A DNA stretch of 64,000 nt, from positions 96,001 to 160,000 of the forward strand of contig CAWGBN010000007.1 in the NCBI GenBank assembly GCA_963820825.1. The letters run 5' to 3'. The position numbers and the translations under genes are program-made. Below are positions 57,439-64,000 of the stretch, in pieces. The notes under the pieces are model-generated. The model was given only the letters and a program-made list of their open reading frames with translations. It made no database searches and had not been told where the DNA came from. Source of the stretch: Vulcanimicrobiota bacterium. Its GTDB lineage: Bacteria > Vulcanimicrobiota > Vulcanimicrobiia > Vulcanimicrobiales > Vulcanimicrobiaceae. Numbering within the stretch: position 1 is the stretch's first letter; each line of letters opens with the position of its first letter.

Positions 57439-59019
57439 TTGAATTACGATGCAATCGTCGTCGGCGGCGGCCATAACGGCCTCGTGACCGCCTGCTATCT
57501 CGCGCGCGCGAAGTGGCGCGTGCTCGTGCTCGAGCGGCGCTACGTCGTCGGCGGTGCCTGCGTGACCGAAGAAGTCTTTCCCGGCTTTAAGGTCTCCACC
57601 GCGGCCTACGTCAACAGCCTCTTCCGGCCCGAGATCATCGCCGATCTTCGCCTCAACGACTACGGCTTCGAAGCGATCGAACGCAATCCGGCCTCCTTCT
57701 CCCCATTTTTGGACGGGCGTTACTTGATGCTCGGCCGGGGCATCGCCGCGGACGCACAAGAGATCGCCAAGTTCAGCAACCGCGACGCCGAGAACTATCC
57801 GAAGTACGAAGCGATGCTCGAGCGCGTCGCTTCGGTCGTCGAACCGACGCTGACGCAGGTTCCGCCCAACCTCATGCGCCCGACGCTCGGACAGCTGGTC
57901 GAAGCGGGGAAGATGGGACGCGCGCTGCAGCGGCTCGGACCGTCCATGGGCGAGGCAGTCGAGGTGCTCACCGGCGCCGCACGGCCGATTCTCGATCGCT
58001 GGTTCGAGAGCGAGGCGGTTAAAGGAACGATTGCGACCGATGCGATCATCGGAGCGTTCATGGCGCCTTCGATGCCCGGCACCGCCTACGTGCTCTTTCA
58101 CCACGTGATGGGCGAGACGAACGGAAAGCGCGGCGTCTGGAGCTACGTCCGCGGCGGCATGGGCGGTTTGACGCAAGCGCTCGCGTCGGCTGCAAAAGAT
58201 CTGGGCGTCGAGATTCGCACCGAGGCCGAGGTCGCCCGCATTCTCACGCGTCGCGGCCGAGTCACCGGCGTCGCGCTCACCAGCGGTGAGGAGTTCCAAG
58301 CCAAGCACGTCGCCAGCGGCGTCGATTGTCACCTCACCTTTGAACGCCTCGTCGATCCGGCCGAGCTGCCCGAGGGGTTTCGCGACGCGGTCGCCCGCAT
58401 CTCGTATAGCAGCGCGTCGTGCAAGATCAACGTCGCGCTCGAGCATCTTCCCAGCTTCACCGCGCTTCCCGGACACGAACCGGGGCCGCAGCATTTCGGC
58501 ACGGTGCATCTCTGTCCCGATCAAGACTTCATCGAGCGCGCGTACGACGACGCAAAGTACGGCTCGATGTCGCGCGAGCCGGTCGTCGAGTGCACGATGC
58601 CGTCCTCACTCGATTCGACCGTCGCACCGCCCGGCAAGCACCTGATGTCGATGTTCACGCAGTACGCACCGTACGAGCTCAAAGAGGGTCCGTGGACCGA
58701 CGCGCTGCGCAACGAGTATGCCGACCGTTGCTTCGAGATCGTCGAACGCTATGCACCCGGATTCAAAGCATCGGTGATCGACCGGCAAATTCTAACGCCG
58801 GTCGATCTTGAGGAGAAGTTTGGACTGACCGGCGGGAGCATCTTCCAAGGCGCGATGCCGCTCCATCAGCTCTTCGCGTTTCGACCGGTGCCGGGGTACG
58901 CCGGATACACCACGCCGATTCGGGGCCTCTATCTCTGCGGAGCGGCGGCGCATCCCGGGGGCGGCGTCATGGGCGCGTCCGGCTGGAACGCCGCTCGCGT
59001 CATGCTCAGCGGAAAATAG
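57439..59019 (+). CDS. Phytoene dehydrogenase-like FAD oxidoreductase (COG1233, PYROXD2-like)
   Basis: GGGHNGLV.A.YLAR, VGGACVTEE, YVLFHHVMG, GGMG, GSIFQG and CGAAAHPGGGVMG motifs. Confidence 0.9.
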   Translation: MNYDAIVVGGGHNGLVTACYLARAKWRVLVLERRYVVGGACVTEEVFPGFKVSTAAYVNSLFRPEIIADLRLNDYGFEAIERNPASFSPFLDGRYLMLGRGIAADAQEIAKFSNRDAENYPKYEAMLERVASVVEPTLTQVPPNLMRPTLGQLVEAGKMGRALQRLGPSMGEAVEVLTGAARPILDRWFESEAVKGTIATDAIIGAFMAPSMPGTAYVLFHHVMGETNGKRGVWSYVRGGMGGLTQALASAAKDLGVEIRTEAEVARILTRRGRVTGVALTSGEEFQAKHVASGVDCHLTFERLVDPAELPEGFRDAVARISYSSASCKINVALEHLPSFTALPGHEPGPQHFGTVHLCPDQDFIERAYDDAKYGSMSREPVVECTMPSSLDSTVAPPGKHLMSMFTQYAPYELKEGPWTDALRNEYADRCFEIVERYAPGFKASVIDRQILTPVDLEEKFGLTGGSIFQGAMPLHQLFAFRPVPGYAGYTTPIRGLYLCGAAAHPGGGVMGASGWNAARVMLSGK

Positions 59020-59022
59020 CGC

Positions 59023-59307
59023 ATGAGCGAAGACGCAGTCTCCAAGCTCGCGGAGATCTTACGTCAGGTCGGTGAGGTTCACCACGTCGTTTTCGCCGAT
59101 ACCGACGGAAACGACGAAGATTGGGCGACGTTCTACTCCGACTGGCTGCTCGCCCATTCGGAGTTTCCGCGCCTGCTCGCGCGTCCTCCCGTGCGCAGCC
59201 ACCTCACGCGCGATTTGGTCGAGCTCGACCAAGCCTATACCGCAGCGGCGCCCTCCCAACCGTGGCCGGCGTGGTATGCCACGCGTCTGACCGAGAAGTA
59301 CCGCTGA
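59023..59307 (+). CDS. Small hypothetical protein with HH and duplicated Wxx[FW]Y motifs
   Basis: 3 nt after the upstream stop; EVHH..DEDWATFY and QPWPAWY. Confidence 0.75.
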   Translation: MSEDAVSKLAEILRQVGEVHHVVFADTDGNDEDWATFYSDWLLAHSEFPRLLARPPVRSHLTRDLVELDQAYTAAAPSQPWPAWYATRLTEKYR

Positions 59308-59322
59308 AGAACGGCGGTTGAG

Positions 59323-59985
59323 ATGCATTCACCGCACGGCGAGTTCGAGCTTTCGCCGCTCTTCGATCTCGGCGCGACGTTCTTTTGGGCCGTCTCCGGC
59401 GCGGGGCTCGGCGTGCGCTACGGCTACGATTACACCGGAATCTTCGTCATGGCGTTCGTCTCGGCCGTCGGCGGCGGGCTCTTGCGCGACGGCATCTTTC
59501 TGCAGCACGTTCCGGTCGCGCTAAAGAACCCGAGCTATCTCATCGTCGTGCTCTGCGGTGCGTTCGTCGGCACCGTGACCAGCGTCGCGGCCGGCGGCCG
59601 CAAGCCGTCGGCGGCCTATCAAACGCTGCTCAACGTCGTCGACGCGCTCGGCCTTGGGGCGTACGCATGCGTCGGCGCGCAGATGACCCTGCAGATGGGC
59701 CTCTCGGTCCCCGCCGCGATCTTGGTCGGCGTGGTCAACGCCGTCGGCGGCGGACTGCTGCGCGACGTTCTCGTGAACCGCGTCTGGATGCTGCCCGGTC
59801 AGCTTCTGACGATCGCCGCGCTCGCCGGCGTCTCGCTCTTCGTGTTGCTTGTCGAGGTCGCGCCGCTCCATGCTGGAACCGCAGCATGGGCCGCGATTAC
59901 GCTGACCTTCGTCATTCGCATGCTGGCGATTCGCTACGATTGGCGAACGCGCTCGCTGATCTCCACCGAAAACCCGCCGCCGTAG
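59323..59985 (+). CDS. TRIC / UPF0126 family membrane protein (glycine-transporter domain)
   Basis: Duplicated GGGLLRD motifs; DALGLG; about 7 TM. Confidence 0.92.
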   Translation: MHSPHGEFELSPLFDLGATFFWAVSGAGLGVRYGYDYTGIFVMAFVSAVGGGLLRDGIFLQHVPVALKNPSYLIVVLCGAFVGTVTSVAAGGRKPSAAYQTLLNVVDALGLGAYACVGAQMTLQMGLSVPAAILVGVVNAVGGGLLRDVLVNRVWMLPGQLLTIAALAGVSLFVLLVEVAPLHAGTAAWAAITLTFVIRMLAIRYDWRTRSLISTENPPP

Positions 59986-60696
59986 CTAATCCATATCCTT
60001 CGCGGCGGCGCTCGGCTTCACGTTGGGATTGTGTTCGGCAAACGCACCCAGCGGATTGGGTATGAGCCAAACCTGGAGATCCCACAGCGCCGGGAAGCTA
60101 AAGACGAATGCGACGTCGGCCGCGCTCTGCGGCTGGGGTATGCCGAGCTTCTTCCAACGGTCGAGTTTGCTAATCTTGACGACGTCGGCCGCCGTTGGAT
60201 TGTCCGCCGAACCGCCGACCGTCGCCATCGTCTTCGAACCGGCACCGCCAAATGCGAGTCCCGATGCCGTCTTAATGGCGAAGTGCACGTGGGCCGGCGA
60301 GAAGTCGAGGAAACGCGAGGGCGAGACGCCCCACACGTTCGGACGCCCCGGCGAACTGCTCTGCAGCACCGAAAAGTCGGCGCCGATCAGCCGGCCGTTG
60401 ACATCGTACCAGAGCTGGCTGGGATGCGTCGCATCGCTCGCCCAGTTGCTCGTATTCACCCAGCTAATTGCGCCGGTTTGATCCTCGTCGGTGTAGCGAA
60501 AGTAGCCCGCAGCCGACGCCTTTGCGGTCGTCGAGAAGCGATCTTGCAGATCGGTGGTAACCGATGCTACGAACTGTTTCTCCGAGGCCGACTCGGCAGG
60601 AGCTGCGGTCGGCGCGGGGCTTGCGGCCGGCATAGCGGCCGAAGTGGCAAGAACGATAGCAAAAAGGACGGCGGCGCGATCGATTAACTTCTTCAT
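59986..60696 (-). CDS. Secreted hypothetical protein
   Basis: Signal peptide MKKLIDRAAVLFAIVLATSAA; AAGY..PSQLWY..LIGADF..HVH..VW..NPLGAFA.HNP pattern. Confidence 0.8.
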   Translation of the reverse strand: MKKLIDRAAVLFAIVLATSAAMPAASPAPTAAPAESASEKQFVASVTTDLQDRFSTTAKASAAGYFRYTDEDQTGAISWVNTSNWASDATHPSQLWYDVNGRLIGADFSVLQSSSPGRPNVWGVSPSRFLDFSPAHVHFAIKTASGLAFGGAGSKTMATVGGSADNPTAADVVKISKLDRWKKLGIPQPQSAADVAFVFSFPALWDLQVWLIPNPLGAFAEHNPNVKPSAAAKDMD

Positions 60697-60767
60697 GCCG
60701 CAGCGATTCCGGTTTTTCCCGGCGCTTCCTCGTTCGCTCGCGGGATGTTGCGCCGCCGGCGCCAACG

Positions 60768-62663
60768 TTGCAATCGATGGATGCGCGCCGGCGAGCAACG
60801 CTGCAGCAGGTCGTCGCCACATTCGCGCCACGCGACGCGCGCATCGGGCGCGTTACCGAACTTGCCGCCCGCGCGATCGATGCTTTGACGCTGCGGCGGC
60901 GCACCGACCTATTGCGGCTGCTCGACCTCTTATGGCTTCCGATGAAGGCCGGGGATGCTGCGCGGGCGGCCTTTCTGCGAACCCTTGCGCACTCGCGGGC
61001 CGGAACGCTCCGTACCGGCTTTGCGGCGCTCAAGCGGCTCGCGCTCTTCCTGAGCTATGCCGAGAGTGAGGCCGGCAGCGAGAATCCGACCTGGACGCGG
61101 ATCGGCTATCCCGGCCCTCGCGGCGACGCCGCCGCCGTCGCGACGTCGTGGCCGCTGCAAACCGCTCGCAACGGCGAGAGCATTCGCGCGGAGGTCGTGG
61201 TCATCGGGAGCGGTGCGGGTGGGGGCGTCGTCGCATCCTCCTTCGCCCGCGCCGGCAAGCGCGTCGTCCTCCTCGAAGCCGGCGGTGCGTATGCGCCTGA
61301 CCGTTTTGCGCAGCGCGAGTTGATGACGTCCGAGCTCTATCTCGAGGGCGGCCTTGCGTCGAGTCACGATCTCGGCATCGTCATTCTCGCGGGCGCGACG
61401 CTCGGCGGCGGCACCACCGTCAACTGGTGCACCAGCCTGCGCCTCCCCGACCGGATCGCGCACGAATGGGAAGAGCGTAGCGGCATCCGCAGCCTCGGCA
61501 AAGAGCTCGCGCCGCATTACGCGGCGATCGAAGAGCGCCTCGATATCCGGCCGGCCTCACACCACAACGCAAACAATCGCGCGATCCTCGAGGGCGCTCG
61601 GGACCTGGGGGTGCACGCCGCCGTCTCTCCGCGCAACGCGGCGGGGGACTGCGGTGATGGCTGCGGTTACTGCGGCTACGGCTGCGCGTACAACAAAAAA
61701 CGCTCGACGGCCGCGACGTTCTTACACGATCTCTCGCAGAGCGAGGGCGCCATCTACGCAAATGCAACCGCCGAACGCATCACGGCGAGCGGAACACGAG
61801 CGCGAAGCGTGCGCGTGCGGCAGACCGGCCCCGGCGGCGCGCCGGTCGCGTTTGACGTCGAAGCCGATCTCGTCGTGCTCGCCGCGGGCGCACTGCGGAC
61901 GCCCGGAATCCTGGCACGGAGCGGCATCGCGCACCCGCTGCTCGGCAAACGGCTCTTCCTGCATCCCGTCGCCGCGGCGATCGCCGAGTTCGAGCGTCCG
62001 GTCGAGCCGTGGATCGGGCCGATGCAGAGCGCCTACTCCGATGCCTTCAACTATCGGGCCGGGAATTACGGAGCGAAGGTCGAGGTCGCGCCGGCGCATC
62101 CGGGCATGGCGGCGCTCGCGCTTCCGTGGCCGAGCCGCGCGCGCCACTCCGAGCTCATGGAGCGCTTTCGCAATGTCGCGACGCTCTTCGCGTTGACGCG
62201 CGACCGCGATCCCGGCTCGATCGATCTCGACGATGAAGCCGCCGTTCGCTACGGCCTCTCGCCGTTTGACGGCGAGAATCTGATCGCCGGCCTCGCCGGT
62301 CTCTTCGATCTCGGTTTCGCCGCGGGCGCCGTTCGCATGATGACCCTGCACGCGAAGCACATCGAGATCGAGCGCGACGCATGGAACGGCAACGCCCGCG
62401 ACTCGTTAGTGCAGCGCCTGCACCGGATCGGGATCGCACCGAACCGGCAAATTCTCTTCTCTGCGCATCAAATGGGAACCGCGGCGATGGGCTCGAACGC
62501 CGCGGACTCAGTCGTCGATCCGGCCGGACGGGTTTGGGGTCACGAGAATCTCCTCGTTGCCGATGCTTCGGTCTTTCCGCAATCGAGCGGCGTCAACCCA
62601 ATGCTCACGATCATGGCGATGGCGGGCCGCATCGCGGTGCAACGCGGAGGGATGCCCCGCTAG
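60768..62663 (+). CDS. GMC family oxidoreductase (long-chain alcohol oxidase-like)
   Basis: GSGAGG, GATLGGGTTVNW, CGDGCGYCGYGC, FSAHQMGT and GVNPMLT motifs; start may be ATG 60777. Confidence 0.9.
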   Translation: MQSMDARRRATLQQVVATFAPRDARIGRVTELAARAIDALTLRRRTDLLRLLDLLWLPMKAGDAARAAFLRTLAHSRAGTLRTGFAALKRLALFLSYAESEAGSENPTWTRIGYPGPRGDAAAVATSWPLQTARNGESIRAEVVVIGSGAGGGVVASSFARAGKRVVLLEAGGAYAPDRFAQRELMTSELYLEGGLASSHDLGIVILAGATLGGGTTVNWCTSLRLPDRIAHEWEERSGIRSLGKELAPHYAAIEERLDIRPASHHNANNRAILEGARDLGVHAAVSPRNAAGDCGDGCGYCGYGCAYNKKRSTAATFLHDLSQSEGAIYANATAERITASGTRARSVRVRQTGPGGAPVAFDVEADLVVLAAGALRTPGILARSGIAHPLLGKRLFLHPVAAAIAEFERPVEPWIGPMQSAYSDAFNYRAGNYGAKVEVAPAHPGMAALALPWPSRARHSELMERFRNVATLFALTRDRDPGSIDLDDEAAVRYGLSPFDGENLIAGLAGLFDLGFAAGAVRMMTLHAKHIEIERDAWNGNARDSLVQRLHRIGIAPNRQILFSAHQMGTAAMGSNAADSVVDPAGRVWGHENLLVADASVFPQSSGVNPMLTIMAMAGRIAVQRGGMPR

Positions 62664-62717
62664 TCCCGCCGCCGCGGCGGGAAGCGGTCGGGTAAGCCCT
62701 CGAAGCTTTGCGCCGTC

Positions 62718-62726
62718 TGGTATACT
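62718..62726 (+). promoter_or_regulatory. Extended -10 promoter element
   Basis: TGgTATACT about 46 nt upstream of the GTG at 62773. Confidence 0.5.
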
Positions 62727-62772
62727 CACACTCAAAGGAAGTAGACCCTTTCCCGCACGGAGGCAAGTCATC

Positions 62773-63891
62773 GTGAAGACGTTTCTCAGCGCGCTGTGCG
62801 TAGTTCTGCTAGCCGCCTGCAGCAACCGCGGCCTCGACGGTCCGGCAGCGAACCTCCCATCGTCGTCCTCATCGCTCGGAATCACGCACGCGGTGCAGTC
62901 GCCGCCACCCACCGGCTGGCACTTTCCATATCGCCCCAATCCATTTGTCGTTCCGATCTGCGCATCCGACCCGTGCAAGCCGCAGCTCGATCCCAACTCG
63001 GCGTCGGAAGTCTCCCAGGTAATGGGCGGGTCGTTCTCGATGGGCGAGATCCAAGAAGCCGAACCCGGGACCAACGGCCAGGGACAAGACGATACCGACC
63101 CGGTCTACTATGCGACACGGAGCGATCCAAAGTACACCGTCAACTGTTCGCAATTTGGCGGTTGTGTGTTCCTCAACGGCGTCTCAATCCATATTCCCGA
63201 CGGCGCGCGCGCATCGATCGACAGCGACCATCATGCGACCGTGATAGAGCGCTGGGCGGGAACGGAATACGACTTCTGGGAGTTCAACGATTACGGTACC
63301 GGAAAGGGAACCACGAACCCGGTTTCCGGCGGCGGCACAATCAGTGTCGGGTTCGGCGAGCGGTGCAAGAAAAATTCGCTGCAAAATCAAGGCCGCTGCG
63401 ACGGGAGCGGGAACGAAGCCGCACTCCCCTATCAGCCGGGCCTACTCGACCCGCGCGAGATCGTCGCAGGCAAGATCAAGCATACCTTCTACGTCGGCAC
63501 ACACTGTCCGTCACCGTTATTTTTTTGGCCCGCCGCACAAAGCGGCGGACGCTGCGCGACGGGGCCGGCGGAGGGCGAACGGATCTGGCTTGATTTGACC
63601 GACGCACAGATCGACGCGCTGCCGGACCATCCCTGGGCCAAAACGCTGCTGCATGAAATGCACGACTACGGAATGATGATCGACGATTCCGCCGGTTCCA
63701 GTCCGTGGGTTCCCGAAGGGGTCGATAACGCGACGTTCACGATCGTCGGGCAGAAGCCGGCCTGGGACGCCTTCTTCGCCGAAGTTGAGAAGGAAGGCGA
63801 CGGCGACATAATCGGCTGGGGGGATAACGCCTCGCACCTCCCGATTCCGACAACCGGGATCACGCAAAGCAACATCCATATCATCGAGTAG
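62773..63891 (+). CDS. Hypothetical lipoprotein
   Basis: GGAGG RBS; GTG 62773; lipobox LAAC; DSDHH, EYDFW, H and YGMMIDD conserved-looking motifs; several Cys pairs. Confidence 0.8.
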   Translation: MKTFLSALCVVLLAACSNRGLDGPAANLPSSSSSLGITHAVQSPPPTGWHFPYRPNPFVVPICASDPCKPQLDPNSASEVSQVMGGSFSMGEIQEAEPGTNGQGQDDTDPVYYATRSDPKYTVNCSQFGGCVFLNGVSIHIPDGARASIDSDHHATVIERWAGTEYDFWEFNDYGTGKGTTNPVSGGGTISVGFGERCKKNSLQNQGRCDGSGNEAALPYQPGLLDPREIVAGKIKHTFYVGTHCPSPLFFWPAAQSGGRCATGPAEGERIWLDLTDAQIDALPDHPWAKTLLHEMHDYGMMIDDSAGSSPWVPEGVDNATFTIVGQKPAWDAFFAEVEKEGDGDIIGWGDNASHLPIPTTGITQSNIHIIE

Positions 63892-64000
63892 CAAACGCGG
63901 CGCCGCTGCGCGCGATCTCGAAGGTGCGCAGCGCGCTGCTCGCACCGCACAAACGGGTATTGCAGGACGTGAGGATTCTTATCCTAGAGGCTTGCGCCGT

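Noticed and set aside
57439..59019. Carotenoid biosynthesis (crtI)
   Set aside because: No crtB, crtE or crtY in the window; motifs fit the broader COG1233 group.

Overview
High-GC bacterial chromosomal window with about 55 genes. No rRNA, tRNA, CRISPR array, transposase or phage gene was recognised. The many orphan LAAC-type lipoproteins, a Cys-rich TonB-dependent receptor-like gene and a Firmicutes/Actinobacteria-like housekeeping gene order in an apparently diderm cell suggest Ca. Eremiobacterota (Vulcanimicrobiota); this is inference. Contents in order: a Tat-exported HiPIP; a beta-oxidation operon; an alpha-2-macroglobulin lacking the CxEQ thioester, head-to-head with pbpC; DUF885; lipoproteins; a zincin; a long minus-strand run topA-trmFO-hslV-hslU-lipoprotein-def-fmt-rsmB-FHA-FHA-SEDS-cytochrome c; a Lys/Arg/Val-rich histone-like repeat gene absent from the ORF track, divergent from topA across a 30-bp alternating purine/pyrimidine tract; secG plus two peptide-ABC ATPases; PAP2/CYTH-like/chromate-transporter genes; GerMN-amidase-murI; a split CHAD; an APC permease, phosphoesterase and amidohydrolase; and a ~13-18 kb candidate N-methyl-amine/betaine utilisation cluster (two divergent Rieske oxygenases, SolA-type oxidase, VPS10/BNR propeller, TonB-dependent receptor, PYROXD2-like oxidoreductase, UPF0126 transporter). 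Several genes, including topA, carry indels, densest at 29.9-33.7 kb. These are most likely long-read consensus errors rather than true pseudogenes. Family assignments come from motif recognition only; no searches were run.
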